A stretch of 62,677 bases of DNA, counting the filler, from Sphacelaria rigidula (lineage: Eukaryota): assembly GCA_964200075.2 (NCBI GenBank). It is 9 parts of 9 records of this genome, joined end to end, with 100 filler letters (N's around TTAATTAATTAA, not from the genome) between each part and the next. Parts side by side here need not be neighbours in the genome. Positions count along the whole stretch, not along the records: positions 6,977 to 13,852 come from CAXNAA020017626.1; positions 13,953 to 20,827 come from CAXNAA020017627.1; positions 20,928 to 27,802 come from CAXNAA020017628.1; 6 more parts are not named here. One strand, given 5' to 3'. Positions 13,039 to 25,230 of the stretch are shown piece by piece. Position numbers and translations under genes: made by a program. Numbering within the stretch: position 1 is the stretch's first letter; each line of letters starts with the position of its first letter. The notes beneath the pieces were generated by a model that worked only from the letters and a program-made list of their open reading frames with translations, was not told the DNA's origin and searched no databases.

Positions 13039-13104
13039 GTGGTTGAGGAGTTAGCAACAATGACCGACGTTTTGGGCAGAGAAGTAAACCTAGAGATTTT
13101 AAAG
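13039..13104 (+). CDS. ABC1/UbiB kinase, internal exon
   Basis: ctctcag acceptor and gtgaga donor. Translates VVEELATMTDVLGREVNLEILK. Confidence 0.75.
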
Positions 13105-13499
13105 GTGAGACTTGCTGCACATATTCTTGAAAATATGAAGACAACACATGGGGTGCACTTGTCCGGAAAAGGAATGGTTACACTTTGAAATGGATAATGG
13201 ATACTGCAAGAGTACAGCATCCTCGGCTTTGCAATGCAATAATGCGAACGTTATGTGCGGGCGTGTGGGTGCTACGTTCCACTGGCCGTAGACTCGACTC
13301 CCGGCGGGTACACGACGTCACAGGTTCTGCACAGAGTTAGAATATGCAGATTTTCCCAATTCCCAGAGGCATTCCCTCGACCTCACCTAAAATGGATTAC
13401 ACACGGTACCACTTTGGTAGCCGCAAGATTGACTACGTACACAACGGGTTAGAGGGATCCTAAAATAGAGGGGAAACGCGGCACACGGGGTTTTGCCTC

Positions 13500-13846
13500 G
13501 GCCAGAGTGGGTTTCGAATTGACCACAAGTATACGCAGTGGTTACAGCACCGCCCCGTATGAGGGAGAAATGTGGGAAGTAAACGAAGGTGGCATGATAT
13601 CGTTTGGTACGTCAGATGGTAGCGAGAAAATGATCGCTGTACAAGGAGATGGATGGTGGCCGCAGACGGCGAAACAGGAAGGGGGTAAGATATGTGAAGG
13701 GGTTTCCTGTAATGTATGGAAGAAACGGAATGAGCGCCAAGTGTTGGAGGTGTTCCTACTAGGAGTAGGAACGATGCTCCGTCTCGAAAGGGATGCGTGG
13801 TCAATGGTCAAATGACTAAGGCAAGCAACAAATGAGTACGCGCGCA
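13500..13846 (+). mobile_element. LINE 3' end (ORF2 C-terminal remnant plus tail)
   Basis: Contains GDGWWPQTAKQEG...WKKRNER and the tail gggatgcgtggtcaatggtcaaatgactaaggcaagcaacaaatgag. The tail recurs at 51335-51521 (+), 51745-51825 (-) and 34755-34777 (-). Confidence 0.7.
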
Positions 13847-14244
13847 CACTCCNNNNNNNNNNNNNNNNNNNNNNNNNNNNNNNNNNNNNNNNNNNNTTAA
13901 TTAATTAANNNNNNNNNNNNNNNNNNNNNNNNNNNNNNNNNNNNNNNNNNNNACTTATGGTTGCCCCTCTGATGGACATGAGCGCTTACAGTACTTTTGT
14001 GTGTGGGTGAGATGTGCTTATACCCTGGACAATAGACTATGTAATAGCACATTGGCGCTGCAATAGCCCCGAAAATTTGACTGTCGATGTTCACTGTCAG
14101 TCATAATCTACTGACATCAAAGTCTATCGATAGCTATTGTAGGCGACAATAGATTCGGCACGAGGGACATGATGTATCATTGCCGTGACAATGGAGGGGC
14201 CCAGTTATCTATCGATACATTTAATTTGTTGCAATAGGCTCTTA

Positions 14245-14450
14245 ATTGTGGCCAACAATGTTTATTGCCAATCACAATAAGATCTATCACGCGGCCACTA
14301 ATACATGTTGTTGGTCACAATAGGATACCAACTGCGCCCACCAATGTCTATTTAGGGTCACAATAGAGTCTGAATCGCGGCCACCAATGTCTACCGCTGG
14401 TCACAATGCAATTTGAATCGCGGCCACCAATATCTATTGCTCACCACAAA
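14245..14450. repeat. Degenerate 43-bp tandem array A
   Basis: About 5 units resembling gcggccaccaatgtctatttagggtcacaatagagtctgaatc. Confidence 0.75.
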
Positions 14451-14731
14451 GGTAGCTGAATGGCGTCGATCACTAGCGCTATGTATGCACATTTTTCGAT
14501 GTATGTTTCCGCCTTATTCCAGAAGCTATGGCCAGCTATCGCCTCAGGTCGTTGCGTGTTCATGTGTAAGGGGTATTGCCGTTGATGTCACAGGACCACT
14601 GCAGCGAGCAATCTATTTTTCAAAACCTATCGTTGCGTCACTGGCTGTCGATAGGTGCTCCCGAGAGCAATCGATTGTTGACGGCAATGCCCATATTGGT
14701 ATATACCAAAAAATGCATTGTTGGCGGCAGA

Positions 14732-14989
14732 GGCTACCGATAGACGGCTCACCAAATCTGTTGATGGCGGTAACAGGTATTGATGGATAACTCACTTAAT
14801 CTGTTGACGACGGCAATGACTATCGATAGATGGCTCACCAAACCTATTGATAACGGCAGTGACTATCGATGGATGGCTCACCAAACCTGTTGATTACGGC
14901 AATGACTATCGATGGATGGCTCACCAAACCTATTGATTACGGCAATGGCTATCGATACATACAACCCAGAATCTATTGCGGTACACGAT
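14732..14989. repeat. 43-bp tandem array B
   Basis: Six contiguous units starting at 14732+43n, consensus gactatcgatggatggctcaccaaacctattgattacggcaat. There are no spacers. Confidence 0.85.
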
Positions 14990-16188
14990 GCCCATCGATG
15001 GCGAGTGATCTTCATGTATTGTAATTGCCAAAGGCTATCGACCGACTATTACAACATCTATTGTCCCTTGCAATACATATCAATAGATGTGTTTCACCAT
15101 CTATTGTGTTTGATAATATATATATATATATATACATCGATAGATTTTCCCCCGTGTCTATTGCTGAAGCAATGAACTATTATTGTGTCCATTGTCCCGA
15201 GTGTGTAAGAGTATCATCTTCGAGCCACCGATTTTTTACGTTCATCATGCACCCCCACCAATCACTTCAGGCCTCGAGATTTGCACGCATTAGCTGTGGT
15301 GTGCAATTTACCACGGGTCACTGCTCGGATCGTCTTTTGTGTTGTTTGATGCATAATCCTTCCTCCTCCTTCGCTTCCTCCTCCCCCCTCGACCGATTCG
15401 CGCGACCTCCGAGGCTAAAACGATTGATGTCCCTTGTACACCATGCAGATTCCCCGCTGTACCGGTGTAGATATCTGGCTCTGGGCTCCCTTCTGTCCAA
15501 TACATCTGCGGGAAAAAAGTTCGAACCACGGTGCTGCGGTCACCGTGTAAAAGTGGATAAATAAATCGATCAGGAATTCGTCGGTTAGACTGTTCTTCAT
15601 TCTTACTCGACAAGTTCCGGAATCGGTGGACATTTAAAGAGGGCACATGTCGTTAAGGGGAAACGCCATCTCACGGGGTGTTGTTGGGGCAATGTCGGGC
15701 AAAACCCCATTTTCGTTTGGGGTGTGTGTGTTTTGATTTTCAAAAATCCGTTTTTTTCAGCTGTAGCGCCATGTACAGATAAAAAGTGCCAAAGCTGGTT
15801 GACAGACGGTTGTTCAGCAGAACGATCGTGATTGGTTCGGGCGAACGAAAGGAATCAAAGATCCAGTACCTGGGACTGCGTGGTCGTAGGACCTCCAACG
15901 ACTGGTTAGTCCGCAGCAAGTTCCAAATCTATCGTAAAAACTGCTTTTCCGTGCGGAATTTGTTGTTGTTTGTAGTTACTTTCACCTTTCCATCGAATTC
16001 GCTCAAAGGAACGGTTCTTTGCGTTGGATTCCGTGACGTTTTCGTCAGGGCTCCGGCACGACTGAGCAGAGCCACCGTTTCACCGGTCACCGGGTCCGCA
16101 CAGATGGGCCCGTAATATGTTCAGATGGAAGTTTTATATATATCGTCGGTTTGTCCCTTCGTCCCCTCCCCCATTCGCCTCCCCCCAG

Positions 16189-16278
16189 GGTTCTCCATTC
16201 CACGCGGAAGCTCAAAAGCAAGAAGCCGAGTGGTCCAAAATCGCTAGTGGGTTCGAGGATACCCTTCGGCAACACGAG
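16189..16278 (+). CDS. NELFB: NELF-B-like protein, upstream internal exon
   Basis: Strong pyrimidine tract with cag acceptor and GTGGGA donor; 90 nt. Translates GSPFHAEAQKQEAEWSKIASGFEDTLRQHE, in phase with the next exon. Confidence 0.6.
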
Positions 16279-16947
16279 GTGGGACACCCCGATTCATGGG
16301 TTCGTTCGTGGTATCCAATTAAGTATGCAGATACACGGGTATCACGTCGATGGAGCATGGCATTTCTCGAAAATGTCTAGGTGCTACATCTCGTTGTGTT
16401 TTCGACCGAACGGTGGGAGTACAGCACCGTGTTGATGGTGTGTACGCGAAATCACTGTAGGATGTTGTTGAATGTAAAAACGGCACGCCGTCTCATAGGC
16501 AGCTTTTATCCACCAGGTCGACGTCCATCAATAGTATATATATAGAGAGAGAGAGAATATTTCGAACTCACGAGCGTGAAGCTTACTTTGTAACGAGGCG
16601 TCCACGATATTCAATGCTGATTTTGGTGTGCAAGTTTCTCCTCACCAGCCCCGGGAGATGACTGTTCGGGCCAATGCCAAAGCTAGGGGCCCGGTTAGCG
16701 GATTCGTACTTTACTCTGTGCGGGGGTACACATGCATTTGCGACCGTTCAAACGGACGCGCGATCGCGGTGGTCCTACAATGTTTCCGGCGGGCATGAAT
16801 ATTCATTCGAGAGAGGATCTATTCTCACGAGGGCTTTCGCGAGGGCTTGGCGAGGCAAGAATACCGAGACCCTCGAAAAAGACGGACGGGACCGGGGCGC
16901 AGCCCCGGATCGCGTGCGGCTTTTATATATATATATATATATATATA

Positions 16948-17539
16948 CTTCCTCTGTCCCATTAGTCTGTATCGTTATGGACGTTTAATCGTTTGGGTAT
17001 TTCAAAGCTGACGATCATCCTGCGGTTGGGTTCGTTAGGAAGATAACGCGCAGGCGAAGCTGACTAAAAAAGAAAAAAGGAAAAAAAAACTGTTTTCGAT
17101 ACAAAAATTATGTCAAAATATACCCCATTTTGGCCCTTCTTGGTCCACTTATACCCCGATGTTGACCGATTTTGAACGTTTCTACGTCGAGCACTCGCGA
17201 TTACATGCTGAGCATTTGTTAGATGGGGCGTGCGTAGGTTAACGTCACGGAGATATCCAAATCGGTGGTGATTTTGCGGTTTTCACGTTAATTTTCACAA
17301 TTTTTCGTGATTCCCGGGTCTCCTATGCTTTACCGGGAAAAATAGCGAAAAATGGCCATATTTTGACCGAGCTACTTTTTCTCGGCCGTGATGCTGCACG
17401 GGTCAAGCACCCACGTTGTAGAAAGAGTGTTCCTAGCTAAAAAAACGCCAACGAATGCAACCAAAAAATCGAAAATCAAATCGGACATCGTTGAGGGCTC
17501 GTACAAACATAACGATACAGACTTATGGGACAAAGGAAG
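16948..17539. mobile_element. Stowaway-like (Tc1/mariner) MITE, 592 bp
   Basis: TIRs of about 32 bp: cttcctctgtcccattagtctgtatcgttatg and cataacgatacagacttatgggacaaaggaag. TA on both sides; the left end sits in a (TA)n run. Confidence 0.85.
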
Positions 17540-17815
17540 TATGTATATACACGCATGTATACATACATACATCTACTGCGTCTGGCCGTACGTATCTGCC
17601 GCTCCACGTACGTGGACGTGTGTGCTTCACTGGACAAGAGAATCGTGTACAAGACGAAATATTACCACGTTGACTCGTCCAGGAGACACAAGACAGACAC
17701 ACCTGGATACAGTCAAAACCGCTACCCTTACTCTTTGTCCCGTTTCCACCTGCTCCCCCACTTCACCCGCCCGATCAACCCCACCCCTCTCTGCATCCTC
17801 CCTATACTTCTCAAG

Positions 17816-18628
17816 GCCCGAAAAATCCAAGCCTCCGCCATCTCAGGCAAGGGCAGCGGTGCCACCGGAAGCGCCAGCAGCGTAGGCCCGCCGTTAGCTC
17901 CTATGGCAACGGCAACGAAGTTAGAGCGGGACGATCTCGGGCGCCGTGTGGGCCTAGCGGCGATGTTGCTGGCGGAGCCGTTCACGGAGAAGCTCATGTA
18001 CCGGTACGCGTCTGCGGGCGCGCCCGAGGCGTGCCGGACACGGGAGCTTTTGCCACGGGACCACCCCACATTCGTGCCGCTGCTGCAGCTACTGGTGCTC
18101 AGCCGTTCGGCGCGCTCGATGTTCCGCGAGGAGCAGTTCGGCGTGCCACATGTCGACGAAGCAGTCGCTCGGACGGTGCTACCGTGCGTGGTTGCGGTTT
18201 ACACGCGGGCACAAAATGTGCTGCAGGCGACATCGACGGGTTCGCGGGGGGACGCGGCCGCCACCGGGGCTTTGAATGATGGCGACGGGGTGAACGAGGA
18301 TTGGCGGACGTGGTTTAAGATGTTCCCCGTTCTGAGGAACGTGGTGTGCACAATGTTCTGCCGATTGTTGGCGGCGGCGGTGGCGGTGCGAGGCAGCGAT
18401 GGCACCAGCGGCGGGGGGGGGGGGGGGAAGGCAGTGGGGGAGTGTGCTTCACAAGCGGCAGAGCTGTTCAAATCCGCGGCTACCGTCGCGGCGAAGAAGC
18501 TTGCAGATGAGCGGTGGTTGTGGGCTACCCTTGTCGAAATCGTGCAGAAAAATGAGGCGCTCGCGGGGGCGGCAAAGGGAAAAAACGGGGAGCAGGCGGC
18601 GAGGGCTGGCGGGGGCCTTACCGATGTG
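17816..18628 (+). CDS. NELFB: Negative elongation factor B (COBRA1)-like protein, main exon
   Basis: VGLAAMLLAEPF...ELLPRDHPTFVPLLQLLVLSRSARSMFREEQFGVPHVDEAVARTVLP aligns by eye with recalled animal NELF-B LGDLSMILCDPF...ETLPRDSPDLLLLLRLLALGQGAWDMIDSQVFKEPKMEVELITRFLP. aag acceptor and GTGAGG donor. Confidence 0.78.
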
Positions 18629-19660
18629 GTGAGGGGTTCCCGGGTGTACTTGGGTGTGTCGTTTTGGGCTCATTGACGCCGTTACGTTTTTTTACCGCTG
18701 GTTCTTCCTTGGTTCCGGTAGCGTATACTTGTCTAGTCCGTGGCACCGAGCATGTAAGGGTGTAAGCGTGTGTGACCAAACGCTTCAACCGCGCTTGGTG
18801 TTGCGTTTTGCGCCGGCCCCAATGTGTTCTGGCACGCCTTCCATTCGCTGTCCTTATGCCGTGTAAATGCGGGCACGATGGATGTACAGTAGTGGGCAGT
18901 CTAACTACTCAGGGGTGTTTTGGGGTGTTCCTCGCGTACTGCTCCTCGATAGAACTCGAAATTGCTAGCGTCAGTAGATATTGGTACAATAAAACAGATT
19001 ATCCTCGAAACACAGTGCCCAAGTCGGTGTTTGATAGTGTTATCGGGCGATACGAGTAAATACCCCGTTTATCAGCAGGGTGTTTTTAACCGTGAAACAA
19101 AATTAGTGCAATAAGTACGTGGAGTTTCGAAAACTTAAAACTGTATATTTCTTCACAAATATGATAGGGAGAGGCTCGATTGACCGAAAATACCCAAGAG
19201 TAAGAATCTTGGCTGAAACGTGTCAGGGCCCGCGATGGCCGATCAGCCCGTAAGTCGCTCAATATGGAGTACAGATGAAACAAAACTGTTGGAATGTGGA
19301 GCGAATACAAGTATCTTTAGATTCCCAATGTGATGGGCGTTGGCAAGCGAAAAGAACCCAAGAAAATCTCCAATCACGAAAAAATCACAAAATAAATAGT
19401 TAGACCGCCCACTACTGTACATGAATCCAAGTCATCTGCGTGCTTATATTCCAGATACGCCCCACCTCCTTCAGCTGATCTAGAGGTTGAGTTGATGTGT
19501 GCAAGATGTACGTCGAGTTTTCAGACAACCGTGGCGATAAGTATTTATTTTGCTGGTTCTCCTCCACTGGTTTCCACGGCACATGATACCGCCATCCTCA
19601 TTAATTCGTTCACTGCTTGCACGCTCCGCTCCTCCGCTGCCGACAACTGCGACACTCAAG

Positions 19661-20272
19661 TCTGTTTCGACGGTCGTAGAGGTTTTTTTATCCGGGCTGG
19701 AGAATGCGGGGGTCTCCGACTCTGTCTTCGAATACTCGCTGGAAGTGGTCCGAACTCTACTTCCTGGGCCTGCACCGGCACCGGTGAAGGGGACCGATGG
19801 CGAAATGACGTCGGCGAAACAAGACAAGAAGAACACGCCTGCGTCAACAGCAGCAGTAGTGGTCTCCACTGGAGCATACGGCGCCATTTTAGAAGTGGTG
19901 ATGGGGAAGGCCGCTGCTGCCTTCAGGAGATCCGCGCACGCCTCTACTGACCAAAGCGGGGTCGCAGGTATGGGGGGGGATGCAGCGGCAGAGAAGCAGC
20001 GGAAAGCCAAGGAGCTCTTTGAACGCGTTTTCGCAAAGGCACCCGCCGCCTGGCGGAGCAAGTTCAAGTTAAAGGAAGATGATGCCCCGGCTAGCAGAGC
20101 GGCGGGCCGTAGGGCCGACCCAGCTACCAAAGGCCCCAGGATTTCGATCAGAGTACCGAAGAGGAAGGAGGCGCCTGCAGCTGGGGGTGGCCGTGGTGGC
20201 AGCAGTGGCGGTAGCGGAGATGGTAGCAGTAGTGGGGGTGGTAGGACGAGCAAAAAGAGGGTCAAGAGATGA
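19661..20272 (+). CDS. NELFB: NELF-B-like protein, terminal exon
   Basis: In-phase aag acceptor at 19660 (tentative) and an open frame to TGA at 20272. Ends with a basic NLS-like tail, KKRVKR. Confidence 0.65.
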   Translation, partial: SVSTVVEVFLSGLENAGVSDSVFEYSLEVVRTLLPGPAPAPVKGTDGEMTSAKQDKKNTPASTAAVVVSTGAYGAILEVVMGKAAAAFRRSAHASTDQSGVAGMGGDAAAEKQRKAKELFERVFAKAPAAWRSKFKLKEDDAPASRAAGRRADPATKGPRISIRVPKRKEAPAAGGGRGGSSGGSGDGSSSGGGRTSKKRVKR

Positions 20273-20728
20273 GTTCTAGAGTCTTGTGAGCTGGATATGT
20301 GCCATCTGTGTCGTGTCTGGCCTATATGTGCATCTGACAAGACTAGTCTTCCACTCTCTTGTTTAGTCGAATGAAAAAGTTGTTGCGGTCATGGGAGAAT
20401 GGTCACTTGTGAAGATACATGAAATGATAGATCACGTATCATGGTACAGTTACAAATCATCGTGTGTTTCGTTTCTTGAGCGTATTCATTACGTCAAGCG
20501 GGGGCGAGAGTGAGATCACACGCAGCGTTGGAATAGATGAGTCAAGTATCGAAGCTTTTGTTTGGCCCGAGCTCTTTGTTGCAACAGTCGTGTTCTTGTC
20601 CCATTAGACGCCGCACAGGTGCTTCAACCCTCTAGGAAATCAATTCGCCCTTGGCCGTGTCTGAGGCTGACTTAGGCCGTGGCATCAACGACTGAGCGCA
20701 ATCAGGACATCAGGGTTCTCGCACGCGT

Positions 20729-20779
<51 letters not shown>

Positions 20780-21227
20780 CTGGCCCCGCGCCCCCCGGCT
20801 TTTTCCTCTTTTTGCTTTCTTTCCTCTNNNNNNNNNNNNNNNNNNNNNNNNNNNNNNNNNNNNNNNNNNNNTTAATTAATTAANNNNNNNNNNNNNNNNN
20901 NNNNNNNNNNNNNNNNNNNNNNNNNNNATCTATGAGCCTCTTTTTTCGTGCAACCAAATACCCCCCCCCCCCTATCGTAGGATGACTCACTAGGTGCATC
21001 TTTGTCTCCATCAACTCATCAATCACTACATGCTGTTAATCAGACGAACCCGACTCTCGACGCTGACGATTATGTTATTGCTATCCCCTGCGGAGCTATC
21101 CACCTTTTCCCCATTAGGCAGGCCAGATTGACAGTCGAGTATCTTGTCAGGTCCTGTCCTTGAACATCCGGCTACCGTACTCTCTGTTCCCCTAGCGCGG
21201 CGGAGACGCCCTCTGCGCCCCCCCCGG

Positions 21228-22212
21228 CTACCTGACATATACCATGAACGCCCTCGACTTCCACCGTCCTGCTCGTTGGATCTGCAGTTCGGGGATTCTT
21301 CGACCCGCTCGTTGCGTGGCCCCACCTATCCTGCCTGAGTGTGAAGCGTATTGAGACGAATCTCTGCCCGCACGGCCGACGATGGTTCTCAACGCGGTTG
21401 CCGCTTCAATCCGAGTAAATGCCTCCCATCCCATCGGCGGGGCTTTCGTGGTCAGCGGTGCGTGACCTGGCAGTCATGGGTGCACGTCCAACAAGTCTAA
21501 CAGCACCTCGAACGCGCCCGCCGGTACTCCGCCCGATCGAACCGAGTCAACTGCCCTCGTTCTCGTAATGATGCAACCTGTCCTTTTTTGGTCGGCTTAG
21601 GAGGCAACGAAACGAATTTTCACTTGGTTCGCAAACGCGCGGTTCGCGAAATCTAACTGTACGTCTCCCCGGAAAAAAACTGATGCAATTGCGGATTAAG
21701 CAGAGTTTTGGATGGACGGTACCGTCGGGGTACGCCCACAGCTCGAATGCCCTGCACAGCGAAAAATACGAGAGCGCGAGACCAAGCCATATAACATGAT
21801 CACCGTCCGAGTCCTCGATTGTTGTCTGTCACCCCTGTTTTAGCAATGCCCACATCAACGGCTGCCTGATGTGCGGTTCCCCTTGAGTCGATCCGTGTGC
21901 CCCATCAATCCCTTTTCATACAGCCCGAATCCTACCGTGCGTTGTAGGAAAGTCCTATCCGACATATACTTTGTGAAAATACTTGATTGCGACAAGGTAT
22001 CTTCTTAAGGTGGATTGTTGGTTGTTGTGCAGGAAACATCGCATGGCCATCAATTCGTTCAGTGCATTGATCGCGTCATCCGGGTAATCGTTTTCAGTTA
22101 TCCATGTTGATCTTCCCGGTGCATTGCGCATCTTTTCCATCGCCTCAAAACGCGCCTTAAAGGTCTTGTAAGTGCTATCCCCAACGCCCCCGAGCACCAG
22201 CGCCTGAACCAA
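21228..22212 (-). pseudogene. Tyrosine recombinase of the DIRS/Ngaro element
   Basis: YASHSGRIGGAT...IQRAGRWKSRAFMVYVR contains the H-x-x-R, W and Y catalytic residues. An N-terminal SAM-like block lies at 21955-22212. The frame is interrupted. Confidence 0.9.
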
Positions 22213-22663
22213 ACGCGGTACTTCCTCCCTGCTGTGCCCCCCGGTTTCTCCCGTTCCTGCGTCAAGGAGGGGAAGGGCGGAAGGGGGTGGGGAGGAGGTG
22301 ACATGATGTCTTATCTAGTGACCTCATAACCGCCTCTGTCGCATGCGGGGTAACATTCATTTTATCTGTACTGTATGTAGCTGAATACACACATATATAT
22401 ATATATAAATATTACTACCTGCATAGTGGTTGTTTTTCAATGCTGACACTGTTGTTTTGTTTGGTCGACTATTACATCGTCAATTGTGTTCCACCATGCG
22501 CGACCACAGCGTTTTGTCGTGTCGGACTGAGATATTCTTGGTTTTCAGGATGGTGTGGAAGACGCTCTCTTTCTGACCAGTTACTGTCGTTGGTGCTCCC
22601 TTACTCGTTTGTCTAGCTCCGCACGTGGTCAGCGTGAAATTCCATCAGCTCGTACGTTTTGGT

Positions 22664-24157
22664 TCACTTGAATGTATTTTGCCTCGTGGCTCCACCCGCC
22701 GTCATTTCCAGCCTCCCAAGGGTTCTCGTGAGTAACCCTGCGCGTTTGTCTTTTGCGCCCCCGCACCGGTTGACCCGCGTGACTGCCGCTGCGTTGTCTC
22801 CGCGCATTGAGATTGGGTCACCCTGATTTCCTGGTTTGTCGTGTACCAATTCGAGCATAGCCCAGGTGGTGATAACCATCCCCGGGAGTTCCACGAGATT
22901 AGTGGTGATGGTGCATGTTTCGCGAACTTGAGCTTTTCTTTCGAGTTCAGCGGTAAGTTCCGGTGGTAGGTCGTATCTCCAGTGAGTTCTTTTGTCTGGG
23001 TAGTAGCTGCCTACGGCTTCGAAGCTTGCGTCCGAGAGATATTGTCGGTGGGCGGGTAGCTTTACTGTCAAGTAGCAGGGCGCGCTCAGAGGTCCACCGT
23101 GCTGTACGAGCTTGGTTTCAATCTCCCACTTCCAAAACTTCAGGTCGGCATGAAATTCTTGGCCTATCTCTACCATACGGCTCTGGTTGTCTCTCGCTCT
23201 AGAACACTGGAGCCCTGCAAGTCGCAGCGTCGTCCAGAAGAAATGATTTCCTGGTCGGATTGCGTATGTGAGATTCCACAGCTTTCCTGCCAGACTCAAT
23301 TTTTCTCAGCAGTCGCTGAACGTCGAGTGGGGGGCCACTCGGTCAGCAATGCTTGTCCGAGCGCCTCAACCGTCTCGCGGGATACGGAAACCCGCATAGT
23401 GTGGGAGTTAACGGTCAGGCCCAACCCCTCCATCTTAGGATCCCAATCTGTACTCTTTTGGATGGCTAGGATAGGTGTCTCGCCTTCTTCTCCGTGGCCG
23501 AAGTCTGACGTGGTCGGATGCGAGCGACGCGGACGCGATCAATACGCTCGTGTCGTCATCGGGGTGCTGCACACTACTCTGCAGATAGTCGTGCACGTAC
23601 ACTGACGTGAAGAAGTTGTCATGCAAACCTCCTGCTGGGTGTGGGGTGACCGCATTATCTTTTGAAATTGGTGTGGGGTCTCCCGTTTCCCACCCATCGA
23701 CTATCTTCACGTGAGCTGTCATCTCCTTGCCTTCCGGCAGTAAAACCGCGTGGTCAACGTTCGTGTTGCAATGGACGTGTTCTGCCGCCGATGCCAATAC
23801 TCCCCAGAAACCTGGCGAGCCTGACCAGCCGAACGTGAGCCGGACGTCACACACGATCAGGCCAAATACAACGTAGGCGAATTGATGGGCGTGGTCTGGG
23901 TCTGTCCTCACATTACGAAACACATCCGATACATCTGCCTTTGTCATCAGTATGCGTTTTTTGGGGTATTCGTTTCGTAACGAAATGAGCTCTTTTAGGA
24001 ACTTCTGTAGCGCTTCTCCGCATAAACAGACCGGCACGTCTTCAGGGTTTGTGTCGCCGTTCAGCCCTCCTTTTCTTTTCCGAGTGCGTTGCGCGTCGAA
24101 AGACAAGTGGTTGATAATGCGGACCTTGTGTGTGGTTACTGCTTCCAGGGAGGACAA
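22664..24157 (-). pseudogene. Reverse transcriptase and RNase H of the DIRS/Ngaro element
   Basis: Motifs KVRIINHLSF, KADVSDVFRNV, LTFGWSGSPGFW and YVHD (decayed YVDD). RNase H motifs LSDAS, NLVEL and RGDNAAAV. Confidence 0.88.
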
Positions 24158-24764
24158 CCGTAGGTTCGGGAGTTTTCGGGCGGCCGTTTTGTCGAGTATC
24201 AGACACTTTCCCCTGCGTACGTCGTCTCCCAGTGTTCCCCAATACTTTGGTATTTGATCGTGGGCGCTACTGTGGTTGCCATACTGTAGGCACAGTCGAG
24301 GTTCTCTTGCGTGGGGGATGCAGTGACTATCGCGCCGACGGCGATTCCTGTGGGTACGGTAGTGACGAGTTCGTCTATCTGCGGAAAGCCCTTTTCCTCA
24401 ACGAAATACTTCCTGATCTCGCGCGGGTCTACCGGCGGCGTGACTAGCGGTCCCCCGATAGACCTCGCGACATCCCCGATGCGTCCACCGTGTTTTTCTG
24501 TGAAGCGCGTGCAGATATTTGCTATTATGGTCTGTATAGCATGTCTTCCTTTTTTTTGGCTGTGATGCCTGATTTCTCCAACTTTCCTTTTTCTGAATAC
24601 CACAGTGCTACTAGTTCAGCGTCCGACTGTTTCGACTCATCTTCACCGTTAGGAGGCGGCACTGCTGCCGACTTGCTAGACTGAAAACTAACAAATGAAA
24701 CGCCTGTTTTCTGTTCTACACCGGACGCGAAACTACTGGCTCCTTGAGCCGTTGAGGAATTGCT

Positions 24765-25230
24765 AGCGGGGTAACGGCCCGCTGGTTCGCCGAGAGGGTA
24801 ACTGGCCCCGTGTTCACTGAGGTGGTAACTGATCCTGCGATCACTGGTGTGGTAACTGATCCTACGATCACTTGAGGGGTAACTGGCTCCATGGTCACTG
24901 AAGGGGTAACTGGCCCCACGATCAGTGAAGGGGTACCTGACCCTGCGGTTAGTGAAGGGGTAACTGGCCCCATGGTCACTATTGGGGTAACTGGCCCCAC
25001 GATCAGTGAAGGGGTAACTGGCCCCATGGTCAGTGATGGGGTAACTGGTCCCGCGGTCAGTGATGGGGTAACTGGCACCACGGTCACTGATGAGGTAACT
25101 GGCCCCATGGTCAGTGGAGGGGTAATTGGCCCCATGGTCACTGAAGCGGTGACTGGCCCGACGGTCACTGAAGTGGTAACTGACCCCATGATCGCTTAAG
25201 GGGTAACTGGCCCTACGTTCGTGGCTGGGG
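24765..25230 (-). repeat. 27-bp coding tandem repeat (about 17 copies of 9 aa, [ST]DHGASYPF-like)
   Basis: Unit resembles gggtaactggccccatggtcactgaag and is translated in ORF 24525-25253. Confidence 0.9.

Noticed and set aside
14732-14989. CRISPR-like array
   Set aside because: The 43-bp units are contiguous with no unique spacers, there are no cas genes, and the context is eukaryotic.
17525-17815. N-terminus of the 383-aa ORF
   Set aside because: It starts inside a MITE TIR and runs through a pyrimidine tract, so it is intronic. Coding begins at about 17816.
19480-20340. 286-aa minus-strand ORF (similarly the 44346-45062 plus-strand ORFs)
   Set aside because: These are antisense shadows of GC-rich real exons.
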